Below are positions 14,312-24,025 of a stretch of DNA of 64,000 nt, piece by piece. How positions within the stretch are numbered: position 1 is the first letter of the stretch; each line of letters opens with the position of its first letter. This stretch comes from Myxococcota bacterium (lineage in GTDB: Bacteria; Myxococcota_A; UBA9160; UBA6930): positions 4,640,001 through 4,704,000 of the forward strand of contig OZ245002.1 of NCBI GenBank assembly GCA_965223415.1, read 5' to 3'. The translations under genes were made by a program, and so were the position numbers. The notes beneath the pieces were generated by a model. It had not been told where the DNA came from, made no database searches, and saw only the letters and a list, made by a program, of their open reading frames with translations.

Positions 14312-14570
14312 GGGCCTGTGTCTGCCTCCCCAGGGCCTTATCGGCGGTCCGCCGGCCGGCGTGAGGGCCCTGGGGCGGTCCCGGAGCCGGGACGGGGAGC
14401 CCCCGATTCCAGCCCCCGCGGAGCCGTGACGGGGGGGCGGGGAAAAGGTGACCCGCAACACCACGCAGACCCCTCAAGGCCGCTCAAGTCCCCGAAACCC
14501 CAGGACGATAGGGGGATCGTTCGGGCGGGGGCGCCCACTCCGGCATGCAGTCGACCTTCGGGGGGAGACA

Positions 14571-14819
14571 GTGCCCAGCAACAACGTTCAGCGATTCCGT
14601 GAGGCTCAGATGATGAGCAAGGCAGAGCTCGCCCGGAAGGCGGGCTTGTCGACCCTCACCATCGATCGGATCGAGGCCGGACGCCCCTGCCGCCTGGACA
14701 CGAAGCGGAAGATCCTGATCGCGCTCGGACTCAAGGTCGCGGACAAGGACAAGGTCTTCGGCCCGGCTCCCAGCAACTTCCCCGCTCCTCCGGTCCACGA
14801 CGGACCGGAGCGCTTCTAG
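14571..14819 (+). CDS. Small XRE-family HTH protein upstream of pilM
   Basis: NNVQRFREAQMMSKAELARKAGLSTLTIDRIEAG; RBS GGGAGA before GTG. Confidence 0.8.
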   Translation: MPSNNVQRFREAQMMSKAELARKAGLSTLTIDRIEAGRPCRLDTKRKILIALGLKVADKDKVFGPAPSNFPAPPVHDGPERF

Positions 14820-14840
14820 CGGCGGGCAGGAGGGAACGCG

Positions 14841-15908
14841 TTGCCTTTCTCGTTCGGTAAGTCCAAGTCGATCGTCGGCCTCGACATCGGGTCTTCCTCC
14901 GTGAAGATCGTCGAGCTCGTCAGCCGCAGCAGGGGCGTCGAGCTGCAGCACGTGGGCGTCGCCCCGCTGCCGCCTGAAGCCATCGTGCAGGGTGCGTTCC
15001 TGAACTCGGGAGCCATCGTCGACGCCATCGCCCGGGCGGTCGAGGAATCCGGGATCAAGAACAAGAACGTCGCTACGGCCGTCTCGGGGCATTCGGTGAT
15101 CGTCAAGAAGATCAGCCTTCCGATGATGACGCGGGACGAGCTGGAGGAGTCGATCCGCTGGGAGGCGGAGCAGTACATCCCCTTCGACATCAACGAAGTG
15201 AACCTCGACTTCCAGATCCTCGAGTCCGGCGATGTGGAAGGGCAGATGGACGTCCTCCTCGTCGCTGCCAAGAAGGACCTGATCGACGACTACGTCCAGG
15301 TCATCAGTGAGGCGGGTCTCACGCCTTCGGTGATCGATGTCGCCGCCTTCGCGGTGGAGAACGCCTTCGAGGCGAACTACGACGTCAACCCGAACGAGGT
15401 GGTCGCCCTGGTCAACATCGGGGCCCAGGTCGTCAACATCAACATCGTCTCCCAGGGCATCCCCGCCTTCACCCGCGACGTGTCCACCGGCGGCAACGTC
15501 TACACGGAAGAGATCCAGAAGGCCCTCTCCGTGGGGTGGGAGGAGGCCGAGCGCCTGAAGATCGGCGGCGACCCCGGCGAAGAGAGCCAGGAGGTCGTGC
15601 CCCAGGAAGTGGAGAAGGCGATGCGCTCGGTCAGCGAGACCGTGCTGGGCGAAATTAGCCGCTCCCTCGATTTCTTCGCGGCTACCGCCGCCGAGGCCCG
15701 CATCGGCAGGGTCTTCCTCTCGGGCGGCGGCGCGCGGGTCTCGGGCCTCGACGCCGCCTTCCAGGGCAAGACGAACCTGCCCGTGGAGATGCTGAACCCG
15801 CTGGCGCGCCTCGTGCCCGGCAGCCAAGTCGACCAGGCGTTCCTCGACGAGGTCGCGCCCTCCCTGGGCGTGAGCGTCGGGCTGGCCCTGCGGAGGATGG
15901 ACGACTAA
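14841..15908 (+). CDS. pilM: Type IV pilus assembly actin-like protein PilM
   Basis: VGLDIGSSSVKIVEL; EAEQYIPF; LSGGGA; VGLALR. Confidence 0.95.
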   Translation: MPFSFGKSKSIVGLDIGSSSVKIVELVSRSRGVELQHVGVAPLPPEAIVQGAFLNSGAIVDAIARAVEESGIKNKNVATAVSGHSVIVKKISLPMMTRDELEESIRWEAEQYIPFDINEVNLDFQILESGDVEGQMDVLLVAAKKDLIDDYVQVISEAGLTPSVIDVAAFAVENAFEANYDVNPNEVVALVNIGAQVVNINIVSQGIPAFTRDVSTGGNVYTEEIQKALSVGWEEAERLKIGGDPGEESQEVVPQEVEKAMRSVSETVLGEISRSLDFFAATAAEARIGRVFLSGGGARVSGLDAAFQGKTNLPVEMLNPLARLVPGSQVDQAFLDEVAPSLGVSVGLALRRMDD

Positions 15909-16498
15909 TGATCAAGATCAACCTCCTTCCGGTCCGCGAGGAGCGCCGAAAGGCCGGCGCTCGGCAATTCGCGGTCAGCGTGGCGGCGACCCTGGTTGGC
16001 GCCCTGGCCATCGCCGGTTTCTTCCACTGGAACCTGGTGAACGAGCTGGCCGAGGTGAAGACCGCCACCGCCGATACCCAGCGGCAGATCGACAAGTTCG
16101 GCCCGCAGCTCCAGCAGGTCGAAGAGTACCGTCGGACCAAGGCGGAGATCGAGCAGAAGCTCGAGGTGATCGAGCGCCTGTTCGCGAGTCGCGCCGGCCC
16201 GGTCCACATGATGGACGAGCTGGCGACCCACGCGCCCGATCGGCTGTGGATCACCGAAGTGAAGACCCAGGCCTCCAAGATCACGATCAAGGGGATGAGC
16301 CTCGACAACGAGCTCGTCGCGGTCTTCCTGACCGCGCTCAACCAGTCCCCGTACTTCTCCAACGTCGAGCTGCTCAGCACCGAGGCGAAGGAGAAGGAAG
16401 GGCTCAAGCTGAACGCCTTCGAGGTCAGCGCCTTGGCCGCCTCGCCGAAGCCCAAGAAGGCTCCGGTGGAGACGGCCGCCGTGGACCACGGGCAGTAG
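15908..16498 (+). CDS. pilN: Type IV pilus assembly protein PilN
   Basis: MIKINLLP motif plus TM; order in pilMNOPQ. Confidence 0.93.
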   Translation: MIKINLLPVREERRKAGARQFAVSVAATLVGALAIAGFFHWNLVNELAEVKTATADTQRQIDKFGPQLQQVEEYRRTKAEIEQKLEVIERLFASRAGPVHMMDELATHAPDRLWITEVKTQASKITIKGMSLDNELVAVFLTALNQSPYFSNVELLSTEAKEKEGLKLNAFEVSALAASPKPKKAPVETAAVDHGQ

Positions 16499-16507
16499 GA
16501 GGGATCG

Positions 16508-17164
16508 ATGGATCTCGGTCTCGACCAGTTCCAGGGCCAGCTCGACCGGCTCAACAAGCTTCCGCGCGCGTACCGGATGGCGTTGATGCCGGCGATCCTC
16601 GTCGTGATCGCCGCTCTCTACGTCTACTTCCTCTACATGCCGGCGAAGCAGGAGCTCACCGCCCAGCGGGAGCAGCACCTGCAGCTGCAGCGGAAGCTCG
16701 CCGAAGTGCGGGCCGTCGCCAGCAACGAGGAGGCGGTGAAGGCGGAGATCGCGGCGCTCGAGCTCAAGCTCAAGGACGCGCTGCGGCAGCTGCCGGACAG
16801 CAAGGAGCTTCCGGTCCTGCTCACCGACATCACCAGCCTCGGCAAGAACGCGGGCCTCGACTTCAAGGGCTTCCGCCCCCAGGCCGAGGTGAACAAGGGC
16901 TTCTACGCCGAAGTGCCGATCGACATCGAATTCACCGGGCAGTTCCACGACGCCGCGATGTTCTTCGACGAGGTCTCGAGGCTGCCGCGGATCGTCAACA
17001 TCGGCGAGCTCGCGATCGACATCAATCGCGAGGACACGATCCGCACCGTGCTCAAGGTGAAGGGACAGGCCACGACCTATCGCTTCGTGGAGGCACCGCC
17101 CGAAGGGGCGGAGGCCGCCGACCCGAAGAAGGGCAAGGCCGTCCGAAAGCGAGGGCGAAAGTGA
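16508..17164 (+). CDS. pilO: Type IV pilus assembly protein PilO
   Basis: TM, coiled coil, QLPDSKELPVLL, FYAEVPI, LPRIVNI. Confidence 0.93.
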   Translation: MDLGLDQFQGQLDRLNKLPRAYRMALMPAILVVIAALYVYFLYMPAKQELTAQREQHLQLQRKLAEVRAVASNEEAVKAEIAALELKLKDALRQLPDSKELPVLLTDITSLGKNAGLDFKGFRPQAEVNKGFYAEVPIDIEFTGQFHDAAMFFDEVSRLPRIVNIGELAIDINREDTIRTVLKVKGQATTYRFVEAPPEGAEAADPKKGKAVRKRGRK

Positions 17165-17700
17165 TGACGCACCGGAAGTCCATCATCGCGGGGCTCGCGG
17201 CAGCGCTCTTGTTCGGACTGGCCTGCCAGGAGTCGGCCACCGGCACGGCGGCCCAGGCGGCCGCGCCCAAGCCGAAGGGCAAGGCGGCGGCTGCAGCGGC
17301 TCCGGGTGCCCAGGAGGGGGCCGCGGCGAACGCGATCGTGGCCGACGCCCGGGCTTACGTCTACGACCCGATCGGCAAGCGGGACCCGTTCCGGTCCTTC
17401 GTGTTGGATCGGATCAAGGAAGTCGACGAGGAGGCCAAGGGCCCGCTGGAGCAGTTCGATCTGAGCCAGCTGTCCGTCACCGGCGTGGTCTGGGAGGGCG
17501 GCAGCAAGCGCGCTCTCGTGATCGACCCGTCCGGCCAGGCCTACATCGTTCAAGAAGGCGACCCCATCGGCAAGAACGAGGGTCGCATCATCACGATCGG
17601 GGACAACACGATGATGGTTCGTGAGAAGTACGAGGACTTCCACGGCCAGCAGACTGAGAAAGAGATCGTGATGCGCATTCGGTTGACTGAGGGAGGGTGA
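17161..17700 (+). CDS. pilP: Type IV pilus lipoprotein PilP
   Basis: Lipobox GLAC; YDPIGKRDPF; PLEQFDLSQL; GDPIGKNEG. Confidence 0.9.
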   Translation: MMTHRKSIIAGLAAALLFGLACQESATGTAAQAAAPKPKGKAAAAAAPGAQEGAAANAIVADARAYVYDPIGKRDPFRSFVLDRIKEVDEEAKGPLEQFDLSQLSVTGVVWEGGSKRALVIDPSGQAYIVQEGDPIGKNEGRIITIGDNTMMVREKYEDFHGQQTEKEIVMRIRLTEGG

Positions 17701-17705
17701 GCTCG

Positions 17706-20594
17706 ATGTTCGCTAGCACCATGAACGGAATCTGCGGAAAGGTGGGGCTCACCGTGAGCGCCATCTGCATGGCCGCCCTTCTCGCCTGCGCGTCCACGAA
17801 GGCGCCGGCGCCGACTGCCGTGGGACCGATGTCCCTCTCGTCGGTGACCGTCGAGGCGGACGGCGAGGCGACGCTCGTGAGCCTGAACGGGCTGACGGAG
17901 CCGGTCTACAACGCCTTCAAGCAGGCGGAGCCGAACCGGGTCGTGATCGACCTGGCATCGGTCGAGCCCGGTGAGGTTGCATCGGCGATCGCCGTCTACG
18001 ACGGCACGATCGACGAGGTGACGGTCACCGGCTTCCACCACGAGGGCGCTTCGTCCACGCGGGTGGAGCTTTCGCTGGCGGCGGACGCCGAGTACACGGT
18101 GGTGGACCTCGAGGACCGCCTCGAGATCCGCGTGAGCGCCGCGACCCCGGCCGCCGCGCCCGCGGCGGACGCCTGGGCGGTGACCGAGCCGGCCACGGAC
18201 GCTACGGCGACCGAGGTCGCCTCGGAGACCACCTCCGAGGAGGATCCGTGGGCGACGCCCGAGGCGGAGGAGGGAGCCTGGACTCCCGAAGCCGAGACCC
18301 CGGTTCCCGCGACCACCCTCTACGGGGTTTCGACGGCGACCGAAGGCGACGCCCTGGCCGTGCAGCTCGAGGCCGACGGCGCCATCGAGGGCGCGACCTG
18401 GTTCAACCTCGACGATCCCCAGCGGCTCGTCGTCGACGTGCCGGGGATCACCAGCCAGGTGGAGAGCCCCGTCATCGACGTGAACGGGAGCTGGGTCTCC
18501 CGGATCCGCGTCGGCCAGCACGACGAGAAGGTGCGGGTCGTGCTCGACGGCGCCGAAGGCGCTCCGGGCTTCGAGGCCGTCAACGTCGTGACCCTCGGCA
18601 CCGGCCTCTGGCTCGGTCTGGGCGACGTGACGTCGCCGGTGGCCCCGGTGGCCATGTCTCCAGGGGCAGAGGAAGAGACCGACGCCGCCGAGGCGGCGCC
18701 CGCGGAGCTGGCCGAGACCGAGACGGCCGAGGATGTCACCGAGACCGCCGACGCTTCGGGCGACGCCCAGGCCGCGGAGACCGGGACGGCGGGCACCGAG
18801 ACCGCCGAGGCCTGGGCCGAGGAGGCGTCCTTCGACGCCGCCGAGGAGGCCGCTCCGGCCACCCAGGCCGTCTACGGAGTGCAGCTCGAGAACGACGAGG
18901 CCCGCGAGCGGGTCGTGATCGTGACCGAGGGCCCCGTGGAGTTCGTGACGACGCATCCCGCCCCGGACACGACCGTGGTGAGCCTCAAGGGCGCCACCAT
19001 CGATCCGGACGCCGCCGTGCGCATCGCGCCCGACGCGCCCGGTGCCGTGTCCCTCGTGACCGCGTTCCAGCAGCCGGAGACCGCCGAGCCCGAGGTGCGG
19101 GTCGTGGTGCGGGGCCAGGAGGGCGCCAAGCCGGCCGTGAGCCAGGAGGGCGCGCTGCTCTTCCTGGACTTCGCGCCCGCCGAGATGGCCTCCCGGCTTC
19201 CGATGCTGTCGGACGTGGCGGCGGCCGAGAGCATGCCCGCTTCGATCGACCCGGACGCCGACGCCGTGGATATTCTGGCCGAAGGTGGCCTGGTCGACGG
19301 TAAGGCCTACACCGGCCGTCGCATCTCCCTCGACTTCAAGGACGTGGAGATCGACGACGTCCTCCGGCTGATCGCCGAGGTCTCGGACCTCAACATCATC
19401 GCCGGCGACGAGGTCAACGGGAAGGTCACGATCCGCCTGGTGGACGTGCCCTGGGATCAGGCCCTCGACGTCATCCTCCTGACCCGCGGCCTCGGCTTCG
19501 TGCGGGTGGGCAACGTGCTCCGCATCGCGCCCGCCGACCTGCTGAAGACCGAGGAGGAGGCGCGCCTCCAGGAGCGCCGGGCCAAGGAGAAGCTCGAGGA
19601 CCTGGTGGTCAAGCTCCAGCCGGTCAACTACGCCGACGTGTCCGAGATCGAGAAGATGGTGAAGCGGCTCCTCACCGCCCGCGGCAGCGTGGACGTGGAC
19701 GAGCGCACCAACACCGTCATCCTGAAGGACATCGCGTCGGTGATCGACGAGGCCACGGCCCTCATCAAGGCGATCGACACGCAGACGCCGCAGGTGATGA
19801 TCGAGGCCAAGATCGTCGAGGCCAACCTGGACTTCTCCAAGGAGCTGGGTGCGACCTGGGCCTTCGGTGTGCAGCCGCTCACCGACGGCTTCGACGAGAG
19901 CAGCCCCGATCGCCGCGACGAGCGGCTCGGGCTCGGCAACGACGTGCTGTTCCACGACAACCCGCTCTTCCTGGGCGACATCACCGACACGTTCAACCAC
20001 GTGGCGGTGGTGAACCCGATCACCTCGGTCCCGAACGGTCTCCTCGATCTGGGCGCCTTCATCCTGGATGAGCGCCTCAACATCGAGGCCCGGATCGAGG
20101 CGGCGGAGAGCTACGGCGAGGGCAAGGTGATCTCGAGCCCGCGCATCGTCACGCTCGACAACCGGAAGGCGACCATCGAGCAGGGTGTCTCGATTCCCTT
20201 CCAGACCTTCGAGAACGGCGACGCCAAGCTCGAGTTCATCGACGCGGTCCTGCGCCTGGACGTGACGCCGCACATCACGGCGGACCAGAGCATCATCATG
20301 AAGCTCGAGGTCCAGCGCAACGCGCCCGACACCAGCGTGGAGACGCCCACGGGCTCCCCGGCCATCGCCAAGAACGAGGCGGAGACCGAGACCCTGGTGA
20401 AGGACGGTCAGACCCTGGTGATCGGCGGCATCTACGTCGTCGACCAGAGTGAGACCGAGAGCCGCGTGCCGTACTTCCACAAGATCCCGCTCCTGGGGAA
20501 CGCGTTCAAGAACAACGAGGTCCGGGACATCCGCAAGGAGCTCCTGGTCTTCGTGACCCCGCGGATCGTGATCAATCCGGAGCTCGGCAGCTAG
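17706..20594 (+). CDS. pilQ: Secretin PilQ with N-terminal AMIN domains (alternative GTG start 17697)
   Basis: Lipobox LLAC, AMIN-like repeats, YTGRRISLDFKD, VPWDQALD, secretin signature IPLLGNAFK...ELLVFVTPRI. Confidence 0.95.
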   Translation: MFASTMNGICGKVGLTVSAICMAALLACASTKAPAPTAVGPMSLSSVTVEADGEATLVSLNGLTEPVYNAFKQAEPNRVVIDLASVEPGEVASAIAVYDGTIDEVTVTGFHHEGASSTRVELSLAADAEYTVVDLEDRLEIRVSAATPAAAPAADAWAVTEPATDATATEVASETTSEEDPWATPEAEEGAWTPEAETPVPATTLYGVSTATEGDALAVQLEADGAIEGATWFNLDDPQRLVVDVPGITSQVESPVIDVNGSWVSRIRVGQHDEKVRVVLDGAEGAPGFEAVNVVTLGTGLWLGLGDVTSPVAPVAMSPGAEEETDAAEAAPAELAETETAEDVTETADASGDAQAAETGTAGTETAEAWAEEASFDAAEEAAPATQAVYGVQLENDEARERVVIVTEGPVEFVTTHPAPDTTVVSLKGATIDPDAAVRIAPDAPGAVSLVTAFQQPETAEPEVRVVVRGQEGAKPAVSQEGALLFLDFAPAEMASRLPMLSDVAAAESMPASIDPDADAVDILAEGGLVDGKAYTGRRISLDFKDVEIDDVLRLIAEVSDLNIIAGDEVNGKVTIRLVDVPWDQALDVILLTRGLGFVRVGNVLRIAPADLLKTEEEARLQERRAKEKLEDLVVKLQPVNYADVSEIEKMVKRLLTARGSVDVDERTNTVILKDIASVIDEATALIKAIDTQTPQVMIEAKIVEANLDFSKELGATWAFGVQPLTDGFDESSPDRRDERLGLGNDVLFHDNPLFLGDITDTFNHVAVVNPITSVPNGLLDLGAFILDERLNIEARIEAAESYGEGKVISSPRIVTLDNRKATIEQGVSIPFQTFENGDAKLEFIDAVLRLDVTPHITADQSIIMKLEVQRNAPDTSVETPTGSPAIAKNEAETETLVKDGQTLVIGGIYVVDQSETESRVPYFHKIPLLGNAFKNNEVRDIRKELLVFVTPRIVINPELGS

Positions 20595-20620
20595 GAGCCG
20601 AAACTCGGGTTCGCACCCGG

Positions 20621-20656
20621 GCGGCGGGGAGCTTCGGCTCCCCGCCGCTTCGCGTT
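20621..20656 (+). terminator. Intrinsic terminator-like hairpin after pilQ
   Basis: 12-bp stem GCGGCGGGGAGC/GCTCCCCGCCGC with TTCG loop and a weak T tail. Confidence 0.65.
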
Positions 20657-20709
20657 GGGGCCGGGCCCGCGGCGTTCGCCGCTCGCTCGTCTACGGTTAT
20701 CCTTCGCCG

Positions 20710-21228
20710 ATGGCAGGGACGATCTGGCTCGTCGGCCTGATGGGTGCCGGCAAGACGGCGGTGGGCGCGGCCCTGGCCGCGCGTCTGGGCGTGCCCTTCG
20801 CCGACTCCGACGCCGAGATCGAACGGGCCGCGGGCTGCACCATCCCCGAGATCTTCGAAGGGGAGGGCGAGGCCGCCTTCCGCGCCCGGGAACGCGAGGC
20901 GATCGCCCGGCTGGCCACGCAAGCCGGCGTCGTGGCCCTCGGTGGCGGCGCCATCGCCCAGCCCGGCCAGGCGGCGGCCCTGGCCGCGTCGGGCACCGTC
21001 GTCTACCTGCGCGCGCGTCCGGAGACCCTGGCCGCGAGGGTCGGCGGCAACGACGGGCGACCGCTCCTCGCGGGCCTGGACGGCCCCCAGCGCTGCGCCC
21101 GGCTGGCGGCGCTCCTCGAGGAGCGCCGGGAGGCCTACGAGAGCGCGAGCGTGCTCGTGGACACCGACGATCGGGAGATCGACGCCGTCGTCGGCGAGCT
21201 CGCGGCCCGGCTGGAGGCGGCGGCGTGA
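20710..21228 (+). CDS. aroK: Shikimate kinase
   Basis: LVGLMGAGKT P-loop, DSDAEIE, GEAAFRARE, LGGG, RPLL. Confidence 0.93.
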   Translation: MAGTIWLVGLMGAGKTAVGAALAARLGVPFADSDAEIERAAGCTIPEIFEGEGEAAFRAREREAIARLATQAGVVALGGGAIAQPGQAAALAASGTVVYLRARPETLAARVGGNDGRPLLAGLDGPQRCARLAALLEERREAYESASVLVDTDDREIDAVVGELAARLEAAA

Positions 21229-22355
21229 GGGGTGGCGGAGGCGCCAGGGCGGCCAGGACGGGGCGCCGCGTGCGGGTCGCCCTCGGTGAGCGCAGCTACA
21301 CCATCCACATCGGGGCCGGCAGCCTGGACGACGTGGGCCCGGCGATCGCACGGGCGACCGGCGCGAAGAAGGCGATGCTCATCAGCGTTGCGCCCGTGGC
21401 TCGGCGCTACGCGGCGCGGGTGGAGCGCTCCCTGCGGGCGGCCGGAATCCGGCCCCGGCGTCTCCTGGTACCGGATGGCGAGCGGACGAAGAGCCTGCGC
21501 CAGGCCGAGAAGCTCTACGACGCCTGTCTGGCCGCCGGCGCCGACCGCAGCAGCGTGGTCGTCGCGCTCGGTGGGGGCGTGGTCGGCGATCTGGCCGGCT
21601 TTGTCGCGGCGACGCTCCTGCGAGGCCTTCCCGTCGTCCAGGTACCGACCTCGCTCCTGGCGATGGTCGACTCCAGCGTCGGTGGAAAGACCGGTGTGAA
21701 CGTGGCGCGCGGCAAGAACCTGGTGGGCGCCTTTCATCAGCCGCGCCTGGTGTGGATCGACGCGGACGTCCTGCGCACCTTGCCCTCCCGCCAGCTCTCC
21801 GCCGGTCTGGCCGAGGTGATCAAGCACGCGGCGATCCGGGACGAGCGGCTCTTCCGGCGGCTCGAGCGCGATCTCGAGCGGCTGCGGGCCCTGGAGACCG
21901 ACGTGCTCGTGCCGGTCCTCCAACGCAACTGCGCCATCAAGGCCGCCGTGGTGGCCGAGGACGAGCGCGAGGCGGGGCCGCGGATGTTGCTGAACTTCGG
22001 CCACACGCTGGGCCACGCGGCGGAGGCCCTGAAGCGCTACCGCGGCATCCTGCACGGGGAGGCGGTGGCGATGGGAATGGTCTTCGCGGCCCGACGCTCC
22101 GAGGAGCTGGGCCTCGCCCCCTCGGGAACGGCGGACCGACTGCGGGCGCTGATCGAACGGGCCGGTCTGCCGACGGAGCTGCCGGACTTCCCGCGCAGTG
22201 CTTATCTCCGTGCGGTGGCGGTCGATAAGAAGGCGAGGGATCGGCACGTACACTTCGTCGTGCTGCGGGGCATCGGGCGCGCGGAGACGCGCCGGCTGCG
22301 GCCCGCCGAGATCTGGCCGGCCCGTCGCCGCGGCGGCGGGAAGAGCGGGAGGTGA
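21225..22355 (+). CDS. aroB: 3-dehydroquinate synthase
   Basis: DGERTKS, ALGGGVVGDLAGF, DSSVGGKTG, LNFGHTLGHA, HGEAV. Confidence 0.95.
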   Translation: MRGGGGARAARTGRRVRVALGERSYTIHIGAGSLDDVGPAIARATGAKKAMLISVAPVARRYAARVERSLRAAGIRPRRLLVPDGERTKSLRQAEKLYDACLAAGADRSSVVVALGGGVVGDLAGFVAATLLRGLPVVQVPTSLLAMVDSSVGGKTGVNVARGKNLVGAFHQPRLVWIDADVLRTLPSRQLSAGLAEVIKHAAIRDERLFRRLERDLERLRALETDVLVPVLQRNCAIKAAVVAEDEREAGPRMLLNFGHTLGHAAEALKRYRGILHGEAVAMGMVFAARRSEELGLAPSGTADRLRALIERAGLPTELPDFPRSAYLRAVAVDKKARDRHVHFVVLRGIGRAETRRLRPAEIWPARRRGGGKSGR

Positions 22356-23017
22356 GCGTGGACGGGCAGAGCGAGGCCGAGCGGCTCGAGGCGCTGGGAG
22401 CGGGGCGCCCCGAGGCCCCGGGCGTGGCTGCGCTGGCCGAAGCCCGGCGTCGAGCCGGTGAGCCTGGCGAGGCGCTCCGTCTGGCGGAAGAGGGCCTGGC
22501 CGCCCAGCCGGAGCTCGTGGCGGCACGGGTGTCCCGGGCCCTTGCACTCCTCGATCTCGACCGATCCGGCGAGGCGCGCCTGGAGCTGGAGCGCATTCTC
22601 GAGAGCGTGCCGGACCACCCCATCGCCAGCGCGTGCGCCGCGGAGGTGCCCGCGGCGGAGCCGCTCCCCGAGCTCGCCGAGGCCGAGCTCGACCGGGCCC
22701 TGGCCCACGCCGAGCCCGAGACGGACCAGATGCTCTCCGCCGACGTCTTCGCCGAGGCGGCGATTCAGGCCGCCGAGCACGACGACGCAGAGGCCGAAGA
22801 GGGCCTCGTTCCGGTGGCGCCCCAGGGCGAGCCCGATCCCCTCTATGCCACCGCCACGGTGGCGGAGCTGCTGGAGGAGCAGGGCCACGGCGAGGAGGCG
22901 GCCGAGATCCGGCGCGGGCTCGAGCCCGCCGCGCCCGCTGCCGATGAGAAGGACCGGGGCCGCGTCCTCCCCACGTTGGAACGTTGGCTCGATACACTCC
23001 GGAGACGAGACGGATGA
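22352..23017 (+). CDS. TPR-like hypothetical protein
   Basis: Helical repeat pattern; C-terminal TATVAELLEEQGH...LERWL; coupled to neighbours. Confidence 0.6.
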   Translation: MSVDGQSEAERLEALGAGRPEAPGVAALAEARRRAGEPGEALRLAEEGLAAQPELVAARVSRALALLDLDRSGEARLELERILESVPDHPIASACAAEVPAAEPLPELAEAELDRALAHAEPETDQMLSADVFAEAAIQAAEHDDAEAEEGLVPVAPQGEPDPLYATATVAELLEEQGHGEEAAEIRRGLEPAAPAADEKDRGRVLPTLERWLDTLRRRDG

Positions 23018-23385
23018 GCTTCGAACACCTGCTCCACAAGATGATCGAGCCCTGCCAGGGCGTCCTGGGCGCCGCGCTCATGGGCTCCGACGGCATTCCG
23101 ATCGCCCAGGTGCCCGGCGCCGGCGCGCCGGCCTCCGCTGAGGAAGACGTGTCCGTCCTCTCCGTCGAGCTGGGTCGCATCCTCTCGGAGTGCCAGAAGA
23201 TGGCCGCTTCGAGCGGCGCGGGCGCGCCCGAGGAGCTGACCCTCCAGATGGAGCGGGTGGCGGCGGTGGTGCGGCGCCTCGACGACGAGAACTACCTGGT
23301 GCTGGCCCTGGAGCCCGACGCCACCGCCGGACGGGCCCGCTTCCAGATCCGCCGGCACCTGCTCGAGCTGCGGCAGCTCCTCTAG
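23014..23385 (+). CDS. Roadblock/LC7-family protein (MglB/MglC-like)
   Basis: GVLGAALMGSDGIPI motif, ~120 aa, GRARF near the C-terminus. Confidence 0.75.
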   Translation: MSFEHLLHKMIEPCQGVLGAALMGSDGIPIAQVPGAGAPASAEEDVSVLSVELGRILSECQKMAASSGAGAPEELTLQMERVAAVVRRLDDENYLVLALEPDATAGRARFQIRRHLLELRQLL

Positions 23386-23417
23386 GCCCGCCTTGGGTCA
23401 GCGGCTAGGTTCCGCCC

Positions 23418-23864
23418 ATGGCCGAGCCCGCGCGCATCCTGATCCTCCACGGGCCCAACCTGAACCTCCTCGGGACCCGGGAGCCGGAGGTCTACGGCCG
23501 CACGACCCTGGCCGAGATCGACCAGGAGCTCGCCGGCCAGGCCAAGGCCCGGGGCGCCGAGCTGCTCTCCCTCCAGTCGAACCACGAAGGCGTGCTGATC
23601 GACCGCATCCAGGAGGCCCGGGAGCAGGTGCAGGGCATCCTCATCAACCCGGGCGGGCTCACCCACACGAGTGTGGCGCTCCGGGACGCCCTGGCGGGGG
23701 TCGACCTGCCGGTGGTCGAGGTCCACCTCTCCAACACCCAGGCCCGGGAGGCCTTCCGCCACCACTCCTACGTGGCCGGTGTGGCCCTGGGGACCGTCGC
23801 GGGCTTCGGGGCCCGAAGCTACGCCCTGGGCCTCCAGGCCCTCCTGGACCACCTGGGCCTCTAG
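23418..23864 (+). CDS. aroQ: Type II 3-dehydroquinate dehydratase
   Basis: [39 protein letters not shown]. Confidence 0.97.
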   Translation: MAEPARILILHGPNLNLLGTREPEVYGRTTLAEIDQELAGQAKARGAELLSLQSNHEGVLIDRIQEAREQVQGILINPGGLTHTSVALRDALAGVDLPVVEVHLSNTQAREAFRHHSYVAGVALGTVAGFGARSYALGLQALLDHLGL

Positions 23865-23926
23865 GCCCGCCTCCCGGGCCGGGGCTCCCGCCCCCCGGCG
23901 AGGCCTCGAATCCGAGCCCCTCGCCC

Positions 23927-23953
23927 CTCAAGACGCCCTCCCGAGAGCCGATA
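23927..23953 (+). promoter_or_regulatory. sigma28/FliA-type promoter motif upstream of the SgmX-like gene
   Basis: CTCAAG-N14-GCCGATA in an intergenic region. Confidence 0.55.
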
Positions 23954-24025
23954 CGAAGGGAGCGGCGGAGGGGCGTGCCCAGCCCCTCGACCGCCCTTTG
24001 ACGCTCTCGGGTTCGAGGGGCCCTC

